Source: Moniliella sp. 'wahieum' | Taxonomy: Eukaryota | NCBI GenBank assembly: GCA_003971905.1 | Contig: RSEE01000008.1 | Location: 186,001 to 250,000 of the forward strand | Length of the DNA stretch: 64,000 nucleotides | Direction of reading: 5' to 3' | In this document: piece by piece, positions 13,025 to 24,865 of the stretch | Layout of the letters: every line of letters starts with the position of its first letter | Position numbering within the stretch: the first letter of the stretch is position 1 | The notes under the pieces: generated by a model | Seen by the model: only the letters and a program-made list of their open reading frames with translations | Databases searched by the model: none | What the model was told of the DNA's origin: nothing | Translations under genes and position numbers: made by a program

Positions 13025-13634
13025 GCGCAGGGCGGCTCGGGTTGGTTGGCGATGTGGCTGTTTGGCGGCTATGGTTGTGTGTGTACTAGGGATTCCCCAT
13101 GGATCTCATGGCCCGTTTTGCTCGAACACAGAGGCAGGAGGTAGGGCGGGTAGCAGCTCAGACCGTAGCAGAGTGGGCAGTGATTATGAGTGGACCAGAG
13201 GCCTGCCTGGCCCAACCTACCCGTGGTTGTCGGCGTGATTGCAATGGGCAACAATTGAAATCGTAATCCCTGGTTCTGAATAGTGGAGGTTGAATTTTGA
13301 ATTGTGAACGCTGGATCCGAGTGCTGCTGGCACGTGCTCAGCTGCTGCAACTGTTCAATGTTCAATTGCAATGTTCAATGTTCAACTGACCCCCATTCCG
13401 CCCCGCAGCCCAAGCCAGCCTGGGCCGTCGCTGGCCTCCGGGCTGAGCCTGAGGCCTCACCGTCACCTGAGGCCCCCCGCGTCCGGCGCCCACGCTCGCC
13501 ATCACCACCCCCGCCTCGTCCCGCCTCCTTCCCCTTCCCACCTCCGCCTCCCCCCCCCCGGCGGTGATGCCCGTGAGCGACTCATCTGCCTCGACACCCC
13601 TACCAGTGCTAGCCAGTCCGACTGGCCCCCCGCC

Positions 13635-14620
13635 ATGCTGCCCACGCTCACACTCACTCCCGCCTTGTCGCATGAAGTTGGTGATCCGGTGGGCGACGAC
13701 CCGGACGAGTCCATGGGCAAATCCCACCACAAGCTCGACCACGACACGCTTACGGATGAAGATGATTTGTCCGGTGACGACCTATCCTTCCCCAACGACT
13801 CGATGCGCCTTGGCTACCTAGACTCCAACACTAGTTTCACACCACGTTTCTGCGTCCCGATCCGTATGCGTCCTCTGTGCCGCCGCATACGCCTGACTCG
13901 GCGTCCCAAGAGGAACCTACGGAAGACGAAGAGGCGGCCATTACAGCGACCCTTGCTCGTTGGTCCGAGCGAGATCGGCAGCGACGCAAGTCGGTGCGCC
14001 AACGACGGCCTGCCCCAACCTCCACTCAGCCTGCCGATACCGAAGCTGGCACGACCAACCCAGGACTGCTTCGTCGTCTATCTACGCTTCGTCGTCCCCG
14101 TGCCAGTGCAAAAGCCACCGTTTCATCCACCGCACCACCATCCTCGGGAAATGTACCATCGGTGAGCCAGGCACGTTCCACCACAGCGCTTGCGCCCGGC
14201 GCGCAGTCGCCAGGCTCACCTCCTGGCAACCCATCTCTGTCCGCTTCACCCGGCGCGGGGAGCGACGAGTCGGTTACGGTTGGGTCTGGTGATGCGGGAC
14301 CATCAAGAGGTGGATATGGTCTCACGTGCCAAGAAGGGTAAACGGCCTGAACCAGGTCTATCCAACCCGCGACCTACGGTCCAAAAACCTTTGGTCACAG
14401 CGGGCCCGGCACCCGTACGAAGCATGTCTCTCCACCCCCCGCCTCGGGAGTACGGGCGATGTGGACGGGCACGTGGGCGAGGTCGCGATCGTGATCGTGA
14501 TCGTGATCGTGATCGGCAGCGGTCTCATCCGTTATCTTCTTCGTCCTCTTCCCTTCTTCTTCTCCTTCTCCTTCTCCTTCTCCTTCTCCTTCGCCCCTCT
14601 CTTCAGGGTCGGCTAGCCCA
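13635..14620 (+). CDS. Hypothetical low-complexity protein (end uncertain)
   Basis: ATG after a pyrimidine-rich leader. Protein-like acidic/basic segments continue across frames (DTLTDEDDLSGDDLSFPNDS...EEPTEDEEAAITATLARWSERDRQRRKSVRQRR). No family recognised. Confidence 0.35.
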
Positions 14621-14921
14621 TCTCGTCCCCGGTCCCCTGCGTTTATGCATGGCAAACCTGATGAGCCAGTTAGGGATCGAGGGGTATGGCTCACCGACTT
14701 TCTCTGTTGCCTATCCAGTTCAACTACCGAAGAAGAAGCCCAGGCTGGACGGACCAACCCTCTCGAGTAAAGGGAGTGTCGAGCTCCTTCGTTCTTTCAG
14801 CGACGTCGCCCCGCCTTCCCTTCATCCCCTCTTTTCCCCCTCCGTCCTAAGCCTAAGGCCCATTCACTTCCTTCGGGCCTGGTCAGGAGGTTGCATGGGT
14901 GTCCCTGGATGTACTCTTTTC

Positions 14922-14968
14922 GTTTGGTTTGGTTTGGTTTGGTTTGGTTTGGTTTGGTTGGTTTGGTT
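14922..14968. repeat. (GGTTT)n pentamer microsatellite
   Basis: Direct reading: tttggtttggtttggtttgg... Confidence 0.9.
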
Positions 14969-15393
14969 TCATTTCGTTTCGTGCGTTTCCTTTTCCTGTT
15001 CTTTGTTTTTTGCTCGTCCTGGACACTGCGCACTTGTCGATGTTTCCCCCCCCCCCTTGCCCCTCTTGCCCACCTTGCCCCTCTTTCCCCTCTTGCCCTC
15101 CTTGCCCGCCTTGCCCCACTGTAGTACGCACATGGTTATACCCTCTCTATTGTTCCTACGCCAGTGGCCCCAGGGCCCACTCCAACCTATCTCACTCGTG
15201 AACCCTTTCTTGACTGCCATCACGCACCTCTGCCATGGGTCGATGAGTGCCACTGTTGCAGCCGTTGCTGCCAAACGAGATGGAAAAGGAAAGCAAGTAG
15301 GTGCGACGCGACGACAGAGGAGCGCCCCAGACGCCCTGATCAGCTCGATCAAGAGTTACTAGTTACATGTTACACTGACGATACAAAAAGGAA

Positions 15394-15481
15394 TTCCCCA
15401 ACCGGGAGTCGAACCCGGGTCTTCACGGATCAGACCGAGTGTCTTGAAAGCGTGACATCATAGCCGTTGGACCATTGAGGA
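15394..15481 (-). tRNA. tRNA-Glu(TTC) with an intron of about 16 nt at the canonical position
   Basis: Minus strand TCCTCAATGGTCCAACGGCTATGATGTCACG-CTTTCA-[AGACACTCGGTCTGAT]-CCGTGA-AGACCCGGGTTCGACTCCCGGTTGGGGAA, with a T-run downstream. Confidence 0.93.
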
Positions 15482-15728
15482 GTGATGTGCGGTTCTCGCA
15501 ACAGAAGCTCAACTGCATTCGCTCAACGAGTAGATTTGTAATTCCCATTCCGCCCGGGCCAAGTTTCAAAATTGGCATTACTAAGAGGCAGAAGGCGAGA
15601 CTGCGCTGGTGCCTTTATTGACCTTGGCTATCATCCTGACCACGTCTCGTTCCCGCTTAGTCCTGGTCCTACCAGCAAGAGCAAGCGCGTCCAGACCGCC
15701 TTCTTGGTCTCCACCGTCCTCCTCCATC

Positions 15729-16207
15729 ATGGCTCTGTCCCGCAGCATCTACAACGTGCTCTTTAAGCGCAACCCCGTCTTGTACGTCCTCTTCTCCGTG
15801 ATGGTTGGCTGGTTCCCTGCGGAGGCGCAGCTAACGCCGAAGTTCTGCACAGTGTGAGCGCTTGCTTCTTTGGCGGCTTTGCCTTCATGGTTGGCTTTGA
15901 CCAGGTCACTACGGCCTGGTGGGACAAGCACAACTACCCCGTACGTTACCGTTACTCTTTTCCCCTTGTGCTTCATGCTTCATGCTTCATTGTACCCTCC
16001 CGCCCACATCGGTCGACCCCGCGCGTTGGTACGAGCAGCGGGCCAATTGCCCTGCGGGCGCGGGGATGGGGGCCCCCTGACAGACACATTTGTTACCGAT
16101 TTGGGGGGACGAGATGACTGACCCAGTTTGTGTTCTTCTGTGTCCAGAAGCAGTGGAAGGACTTGCGTGGCAAGTACCTTACCAGTGCTCCCGAGGAGGA
16201 GGAGTAA
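15729..16207 (+). CDS. QCR9: Cytochrome b-c1 complex subunit 9, three exons
   Basis: Spliced product MALSRSIYNVLFKRNPV(L)|VSACFFGGFAFMVGFDQVTTAWWDKHNYP|KQWKDLRGKYLTSAPEEEE*, with the UCR_UQCRX_QCR9 signature (Y..LF.RN, KQWKD). Introns 15782-15852 and 15941-16147. Confidence 0.93.
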
Positions 16208-16932
16208 CTAGTAACTAGTAACTAGTAGTATCATCGGATGGTCTAGCCCCCGTCGTTCTCCATGGTAGACGGAAGAGCGACTGCTGCTCGTTCCTGCTAT
16301 GATCGTCACTGCCGAATCGCACGCGCCTCTTTGAATTCGACAGGTAGTCCGCTGTGAGGAGACGGAGAGAGACTGGTTCCAGGAGGCAAAGAGGAATAGC
16401 CTAATGGTGCATGCGTACGCCGCAGCGCGAGAGGAAGAGGTGCGGCAGCTATGTTGATTTCGAGGATCTTCCCTACTTGGCGTGAGAGCGGTGGCGGCCG
16501 GGTGGGAATTTGATGGCGTTGATGATCGATTGCGCTATGGTCAGTGGTATGGGAGTAGAGAGCCGTTTGGTTGATCCTGCCCACAGCCAGAGCAGGCAGG
16601 CCGTGTGTGGGGATGCGCGCGCGTAGGCTGAGCGCTGTCGCTTGTGTCATGGTGCCATGTGCCATGCAGGGGACGCAGGCAAGTGTGACATGTGACGTGG
16701 CCCTCATTAATCAGTCGAGCATCAGCGCTCAGCCTGATTAGCTTGCTTACTTGGCTGCCCGACGAGTGCGCTGCTGCCGCCCCGCCACAGCGGATGGGCT
16801 GTCAGTTGAAATGTTAGTCAAAACGCTAAGCGGCGAACCGAGCTAAACGCCGACCAACATCAGCCCTGATGCTCTCGCGCCCACCGGGAGCATCTCCAAT
16901 CGCATTCGCATTCGCATTCGCATTCGGAGTCT

Positions 16933-19900
16933 ATGCCCGACACGGCGCCTTCCACTGCGGCCTCCCTGCCCCGCCGCCCTCCCATCCGCGTAAGCGAGCT
17001 GCCGATGCCCACGATGACGACAGCCCAGAGTCCGCGTCGCCCTCTCCTGCCTCGGGTAAGCCGCCAGCCCCCCCCTGTCAAGGCCGCGTGTCTTTCTGTC
17101 GATCTCGGTCCGTGCTTCCTCTCCTGCCTCACATACCTGTCCCCGCGCCCAATTGACCCTCTTGACCCTCTTGACCCTCTTGGCCCGCTTGACCCGCTTG
17201 ACCCTGCTTAGGAAATCCAAGTGCGACGGACAGAGGCCATGCAAGACGTGCATTGCCAGGAAGCGCGAAAGATGAGTGTGTCTACACCGCCTCAAGACGT
17301 GGTGCAAAGCGTCGGATGATCGACCCCACCGAACTGCGTCAGCATCTGCAAGAGCTCTTGGGCCTGAGCTCGTTGCCGAATGACATTCGAGTGCCTGGCC
17401 TTGTGGCGCAACTGCAACCGTTTCAGCGGTCCGACTTGAGTTCCATGAGTTCCTACGAGCTCGCCTTGTTGCAGGAAGCCATTCAAGCTGAGCGTGTACG
17501 CCAGCAAAGCGCAAATATCATCGCGCCATCTGGGAGCAGCATCAAGGCGCCTTCGCTTCCTTCCTCTTCTTTGGTGTATTCGTCGGGACGAGGAGCAACT
17601 GCAACCCCATCCCAGCCACCTACTTCCCTTGCGTTCCAGCAGACACCTTTTGCCCCGCCCTCAGTGCCCAATGCGCTTCCACCCCCGACGCGGGAACTGC
17701 TGCCGACTGCTCCGACCTGCGTACTTTTGTAGCTGGTGCGTTGGAGAAGTTGAACGTGGAGGAGAGCGTCGCCATGCAGCAGCAGTTGGCTCTCAACACT
17801 CTTGACCCACTTGTTGCGGGACCGGGTGGAACGAGTGGATCGACACCTATTCCTGCTGGCACCGGTGGCCAAGACGCATTTCAATTTACCTTTCCATCCA
17901 CCTCGGTGAATTTCGTTCCGTCCCTGCCCGAGGGGGGGGCGTGCCTCCACAAGGACCCAACCAACCGGATTGGTTGGCTCCCTTGGCGGCTCAAGTGATT
18001 CAACAACAGAGTCAGAGGCGAGCGGGGTCCGTCTCGGCTTACGACCTTACTGCCACTCGACTGTGCAGTCCTGATCGTACTCGTGACCTGCTCACCTCGT
18101 TTTACCTTCATCTGTACTCGTTCCTGCCCGTCTTACTCCCTCCCCACCACCTGGAGACATATGTGGGATGGTATAGCTCTCACCGCTCACCGTTCCTCTT
18201 GGCCTTAGAGGCCGTGCTGCCGTTCCTGGAGGACAACGTGGAATTAGAACCATGCGAAGGACCTGACGCGTTCAACTCGTCCCCTCGCCAAGCGCGTCGT
18301 CAGTCTGCTGCCCGCTTTGCGCGCCAAGCTGGCGATGCGATCGACGAAGCTCTGGAGGCGATGGAAGAGCAGGCCGATTGGGACGTCTTGTTGGAAATTA
18401 TCCAAGCGTTGGTCATCTTGTCGATTTTCGAGTACGGTTCAGGCCGGGCCGTCAAAGCGCGGATCAAGGCGGACCAAGCACTGAGCTTGGCCATGTCTCA
18501 TGGTCTTCATCGTATGTCATCCTTGGCTGCGTTGAAGCGCTGGTAGCCCCCTCGATCTCAGCCGTCTCCTCGACCTCATCCCGTACCTTGTTGGCCAAGT
18601 TTTCCGCCCCGCTCCTGTTCGAGATGAGTAAGCGGATTTGGTGGACGGCCTGGACAGGGCTGTTTTATGCCTCGTTCAATACCGGCAAGCTCTTGACCAT
18701 CTCTGCGGATGATCCAAGGGTTACCTCTGCCTTGCCCTCGGGAACGGGCATGGCAGCGGAAAATGAGTGGGAAAAGCATGTTTCCACTCTTCGGTTTATG
18801 TTGTTGGTGCAAGAGCGTGTGTCGGCGTTGTGCAATCGCTTCGCCCGATGCGGAGCAGCCCACTCCCTCACCCGGTCTAACGTTTCACGACCCCCGGCGC
18901 CCAGTTCAGTTTTCTCACCTTCTTCCACGACGAGTGGGAGTCGTGAGCATCTGGCGGATAGTATGCGTTCGATCGACAAGGCGTTAGGGAGCAAATTGAA
19001 GAGCTGGAGAAACGCCGCTTCCATGGCACTTGCCCACCTTCCAAGGCCGGCCCAAGACCCTGCTCCAAGTCGAACCGAGCCTTTCGAGTTACATGAGGTT
19101 GATGAATTCGGGCCAGCTCTACACGGGCTGGTTGTGTCTCCATCTGTACTCGGCACTGCAAGGTGCTTCGATATTCGAACGCAAACTCTGTTTTCTCAAG
19201 TGCATCCCAGATGAGAAACCCAAACCTACGCCCCATCCCACTCCGTCCGTGTCCAGCCCCCCAGCTGATCGGTCCCCAGCCACAGCTGCTACCGTACCTG
19301 CTACCGTACCTGCTACCGTACCTGCTACTGTACTCGCCGTACCTACTCCCGCACCCGGCACGACGTCAATCACTTCCGTTCCGGTCCCTGGACTGGACGT
19401 GTTCAGTACAGTTTTTGCGCCGGACACGTTGGCTGCCGACTTGGAGCCGGCTGTAGGGCCAGTGGAAGCAGGTTGGGCTTGGGACGACCTGGACCAGCTC
19501 ACGGCCCAGCTCATACGGAGCTTCCGCAAGCTGCGTATACGGATTTGATGGGCGATTGGTTGTTGCGCATGACCGGCCTGACCGCCCCGAACGGGGTGGA
19601 CGGGGTGGACGGGAACGGGACGGGGTGGTAGAGCCCGTTTCAGGGGCGCAGGCCACACAGGCAACACAGGCAACACGGGCAACACGCTTACCATTAGCTG
19701 CCGAAGCCGAGCCGTCGCCAACATGGCTACCAGATGTGTTGGGCAAGCCGAGGGGGGAGCACCCGTTCGAAGCGCGCTACTCGCTGGAGCGGTGCGTGTA
19801 CGCGTCCAAGCGTCTTCTCGAGGTGCTAGGTCACGAGCAGCTGATGGTCAATCCGTACTTGGCATGTGAACATGTCTTGGCGGCGTTTACGTTGCTGGTA

Positions 19901-20201
19901 CAAGCGTTGAGCGTCAGTACCAATCTGGATGCGAGCGAGGTTGCATGGTAATGGGATGGGGCTGGACCTGGTCCAGTCGGCCGAGCAGTCAGCTGCCCTG
20001 GCTCGCCCACGAGATGGCAGCAGCAGCTTACCGCCCGAACGCCAAGTCGTCTTGAGCCAAATCTGGTTCCATGTCAATCGCATCCACGCTGCGCTCACCC
20101 GCCAGGCGCACCACTGGGACATGGTCGTCCCCATGGCTCAGGAGGTACACGTTTGTCTGCAGACGAGCGAGATGTTGTTTGACCAGTCGCAGAACGCATG
20201 A
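16933..20201 (+). CDS. Zn(II)2Cys6 fungal transcription factor with Fungal_trans middle domain
   Basis: VKAACLSCRSR|KSKCDGQRPCKTC...ECVYTASRRG split by an intron at about 17108-17211. Middle homology region FYLHLYSFLPVL...IIQALVILSIFEYG...AMSHGLHR...KRIWW. Confidence 0.88.
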
Positions 20202-20397
20202 CCTTCCCGCCTTGGTTCGGCTTGGGCTTAGGCTTGGACTTGCGCTTGGACTTGGCTTTGCCCTCCACTCCTCGTACAGGGTGGATGGATATGGATCTAC
20301 AGGTACACATTGCATGCCTAACGGATTTAAAGGACGGAAAGGGGGCGCAGAAGCGGGTATCAGAGCATCCATTCGTAGCAGCTAGCAGAGCAGGGGG

Positions 20398-20483
20398 GGT
20401 GTCTGTGTGTGTGTGTGTGTGTGTGGGTGGTGTGTGTGTGTTGTGTGTGTGTGTGTGTGTGGTGTGTGTGTGTGTGTGTGTGC
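20398..20483. repeat. Imperfect (GT)n microsatellite
   Basis: Direct reading. Confidence 0.95.
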
Positions 20484-20679
20484 GGCGACCGGTCGAGACG
20501 GTCTCACTCAGTGGCAACACTACACCTCATCGCCATGCTGAGGACCAACGCTGGTCTCATCAGGTCCGCGCTGACGCATACCACGGCCTTGACGAAGGCG
20601 CAACTCTTCCCTCATCGACTCGATCATGGACCGGTATATACCTGCCGAAAACGCAAATGCAAATGCAAATAAGAAACGG

Positions 20680-22168
20680 TTAGTGTTTGAGTTTTAAGCC
20701 GGCGTTGCGACTGGAGCAGAACGTACGTTTTTCCCACTCGCCCGGCAGATGAGGCCCGTGTAGAGGAACGTGGTGCCGGCGGCGCCTGAAGCGAGCGCCA
20801 AGCAGGTCAGTAGGACGCGCATGGGCGGTGCAGGATGCCACGAAGCCAGGCACAGGGATACAGTCAGGGCGAGCGTAGTGCCAAAGCCTGCAAGCCATCG
20901 CAGCTGGTTCGTTTTGGCCTGCTCTAGCCCACGGACGAGGGCTGCAATGCGTGAAGTGAGGCAGTCAATGGCAGCCGTAGCGTCAGGTACGTCATCGGTG
21001 GGGTGGGTAGCGTGTGCGCTTCCGCTTGATGGCGTAGTAGGCGCCGAAAGGGCAAAGGTGGCCTCGACACCAAAGTGATCCGAGACGTTGAGGTTGAGGG
21101 GAGGGATAGGCTGTGTGCATGTGACGGAGCATGCGAGCGGGATTAACAAACCCGGGGACGAAACAGAAGAAAAGCGAGTGCATACGGTACCGCCCATACG
21201 GGGCGGAATGTAGTAGATGTAATCCAGACGTTTGCCTGCGCCCGCCAAGGCGCGTGGGTCCAGTGGTTTTCCGGCGGTCCATGAGTTGAGGGGAGAGTCA
21301 CAGGTGACGCCGAGCTGGGTCAGTGCGCGAGCTGGATCAGGCGCGCCAGTGGCGTCCCCCAGAGGACGAGGTAACGAGACGGCCATCTCGGGCAGATCGG
21401 GGTGGAGAGCAAGGAAGGTATCCGTCAATCCGCCCACGTGGCGCAGCAAGGGAGCCGAGAGCGAGGGCGGGGTGCAGTTCAAATCGCCCATCTGCAGGAA
21501 AGGAACAGGGGGAAGTGTCAGCTGCCAGCTCAAAGCCTTCGTGTGGAAGAAAGAAGCGGGACAGAAGAGCGCCTGAGGGAGAGTGGGGGGGGGGGGGACG
21601 TACAACGAGAACATGGCGACCTTGCTCGGCGCTATCCCGAGCCCATTGGGCCAGTTGCCAAGTTTGGGTGATGCGGGCAGATCGGTCCATTCCGGTCCGT
21701 CCTCTCCGCCTGCAGCGACAGTGTGGGTGATCCAAACGTCGAGGCCCTGGGGCAGTCCGGGCACGACAACCGTAGCGCATCCGGCACCTTTGCCTACAAT
21801 CCAGTCCCCTTTGGCAACAGCAGCTGGCAGGCCATTGTAGTCGTAGCTGATGGAGCGCGTGCGTAGGATGGGGAAGCGGCTGAAGAGCGCAAGGCCCATG
21901 CCCCAGGCTCCGCCATAGAAAAACTTGCTGTGCGGGAGGCGGGTGGACAGAGCGGCCTGCAGCTGGACATAGTCCACGTGCGATACCCACAGCTCCTGCA
22001 GCCCAACCAGGTCGTACTCGCTCTCGGCAAGCGACTGGGCGATGGCCCGCAGACGCCTCTGCTTGTGCTTGGACAAGGGCTCAGGAAGGCCCCACATTGA
22101 ACGTCAAGACGCGCAGCTGCGTGGGCGCAGGTTGGGCACGCGGAAGCGCCAGCAGGGGCAGTGGCCAT
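20680..22168 (-). CDS. ISC1: Inositol phosphosphingolipid phospholipase C / neutral sphingomyelinase (Isc1-like)
   Basis: LRVLTFNVWGL, YDLVGLQELW, GLALFSRFPI, GDWIVGKG, MGDLN, TCDSPLNSW, GKRLDYI and SDHFGVEA, plus two C-terminal hydrophobic helices. Confidence 0.9.
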
Positions 22169-23303
22169 GATGGATGGTGGGGTCCAAGCCGCCTAGCCCG
22201 TAGTCACTTGTCGGCCTGAGATTCAGCTGGGCCTCAGTGCAGCTGTAGTTGGTATTGAGCGGAGCCTGCGCACGGGCCTGCTCGCTAGCTTTCCGATTTC
22301 AGAGAGATCTCTCAGATCCAGCGTGGAGCTTCACTTGAAGCTTCGAAGCAGGAATCCAGGTCACGTGTGTGACAGCTGATCACATGTGTGATGGGTGTGA
22401 TGTGCAATCCCATTGGTGGTGGCTGCACACGTGCGTACGTACACGTGTCACGTGCCCAGGGGACGAGACGGACGAGGCAGAGGGATCTGCGCATTCTGAC
22501 ACGGGCGGCGTGGCGGGCAGGGGACTGGGCTGGTGCGTGCCCCAGCACGTTGGCCCCTGACAGGCCGACAGGCGCGAGCCGAAAGAGGGCCTTGCTTGCC
22601 TGGGTGGCCCCCTGCGGGCGAGGTGCGCAAATCCCTCGCAGGCGCTACAGTGCCCCCCGGCTGGAGGGCGAATTCCGAGCTAGGCACACAGGCAGGGCGC
22701 CTGTGCGTGTGTGTTGGGTGCTCGCGGGGTGGTGGCATGGGGGCAGTCGACAGCCCATGTGGAATGGCGCTGGGCAGGGCAGCAGCCACGCCATGGGGGG
22801 GCACGAGGCCGCTGCTTCTGCGCCGTGCCTGAGCGCACAAGCCTCCCGCTTGCTGTTCCCGCTCGGCGCGCCCTGCCGCTGCCACACTCGCCCCACGCCT
22901 GCCCCAGCGCCAGCCGCACGCGCAGGACGTACGATCCACCGCACACGGCAGCCCGGCAGCACTCCCTCCAGCATGCAGCATTCAATGTTCAGGCTTCGCT
23001 CGCCGAGCCGCGAGGCAGCGCCAGGCAGCACCCCACCTGTCTTTCTGCCGCCCTCCCGCCCTCCCCCGCCCCGCAATCCCTCTCCGCCCCGCTTTGCCTG
23101 CGGACAACACCCCACGCTTCTCCTCTTCTAACCGCACCACCACCTCCTCCTCATCCTCCTCCATCCCCATTCCCATCCCCATTCCCATCCCCATCCCCCC
23201 CCACGCTCTTTACTTCCGTTGCCTTCTGCCTTCGGCCCACCTTCGTTACCGGTTACCCCCGCTCCACTCGGGCGTCCACCACCCCCCTGACCCTTGCCTC
23301 ACC

Positions 23304-24865
23304 ATGCGCGCTCCCCTTGCTCCTTCTTTTCGCCTGCACGCTCCTCGGCGCCCTCGCCGCCCTCGCCGCACCTCCGGCCCTGGATCGGGGCGTCCTGCTT
23401 CGTCGCGTCAACAGCTCCGCCATCCCCCCCCCACGATCGGATCCTTTCTATGTCCGCCCTGCCAACATCAGTCTCTACAGGCCGGCGATGTCATTCGCCA
23501 TCGGGTCATCGATGCCCAGTACAAGATCTCTGGCGCGGGCCGCACCACCCAGATCCTCTACCGCACCACCAACACCTTGGGCCACCCTTCTGCCACCGTT
23601 ACCACTGTAATCGAGCCTGCCTCGGGCACCCTGCCGCGTATGCTCTCCTACCATATTTGGGAGGACGCGACCAATCGCGACTGTGCACCTTCCTATACCA
23701 TCCTCCAGGGCAACAACGCCCCCAACATTATGGTCCTCGGTATGTTGACTCCTTCCCCCCCCCCCCCTCGTCCCTTGTTTTTTACTTGTTTGACTGACAG
23801 CTGTCCTTCCTCGTACGTGTGCCGCGCCCTCAGGTGATGATGTCCCAGTCTGGTGGGCGTTCCTCCTGGCCAATGGAATCAGTGTGGTGGTGCCCGACTA
23901 CGAAGGGCCCAAGTCTGCGCTCTTTGCTGGCTTCCAAGCGGGACATGCCATCCTCGACTCGGCGCGCGCGGTAAAGAATCACCTGAACTGGCCAGCAGAC
24001 GCTCGGATTGCGATGACAGGGTACTCGGAGGGGGCGCACGTAACTTGCTGGGCGGCCAACCTGGCGCCGTCGTATGCGCCTGAACTCAACATTGTCGGTG
24101 CCACGCATGGTGGCACACCGATCGATATGGAGCTTACCCTGCGTCACTTTGACAACACCTCCTTCTCTGGCTTTACGCTGGGTGGCATGCATGGCATGAT
24201 GGCCTCCTACCCCAAATTCAACCGTACCATTACCCAACGCGCAGCAACGGGCTTACCGATCTGGCTACCATCTACGCCCCGCCCGTTTGCCACGCCGTTC
24301 TACGCGGGCCCGCGTTCGCCAACATTCCTTACATGGAGATGCTCAACCTACCTAGTGGCGACCCGTACAACGATCCCGTCGTGCGCTCCGTGCTCAACCG
24401 CGAGACAATGTGGAGCAACAAGTCGTCCGTGGGCGTAGGATACCCCAAGTTCCCCCGCATGATCTACCAAGGTCGTCATGACGATGTGATTAGCTACGAT
24501 GCAGTGCAAGCCTATGTCGACCAGCAATGTTCCCAGCCAGGCGTGCAGATCCAGTTCAACGTGTATGAGGCCAATGCGCATACGGCGCCGCAGTTGGTCA
24601 TTGGGGGCGACTTGAATGCGATGCAATTTGTGCTGGAAGTGATGGAGACCAACGGTAAGTTCCGCACGCCTGTACCGTGTGGCACGCCTACGCCTTCCCT
24701 TCTCAACGTGGCAACCTGGGGGCTGGATGACATTCTCGGGGCAACATTCAAGCTGGTTTGCAAACGCTGCAAGCGCAAGCAGCTAGCGTGGGCTTTAACA
24801 ACATTGGCTTTGGTGACTTTAGCACATTTATCGAAAAGACATTGGAAGAACTGTTCCAGCCTTAA
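23304..24865 (+). CDS. Secretory lipase (LIP family, PF03583-like)
   Basis: Signal peptide, then PPRSDPFY, QILYRTT...ATVTTVIEP, LSYHIWED...CAPSY, VVVPDYEGP.SA...GHAILDSARA, nucleophile elbow GYSEGA, APSYAPELNIVGATHGG and YQGRHDDVI. Confidence 0.92.

Noticed and set aside
14922..14968. Telomere-like repeat
   Set aside because: The unit is GGTTT, not TTAGGG, and the tract is short and internal.
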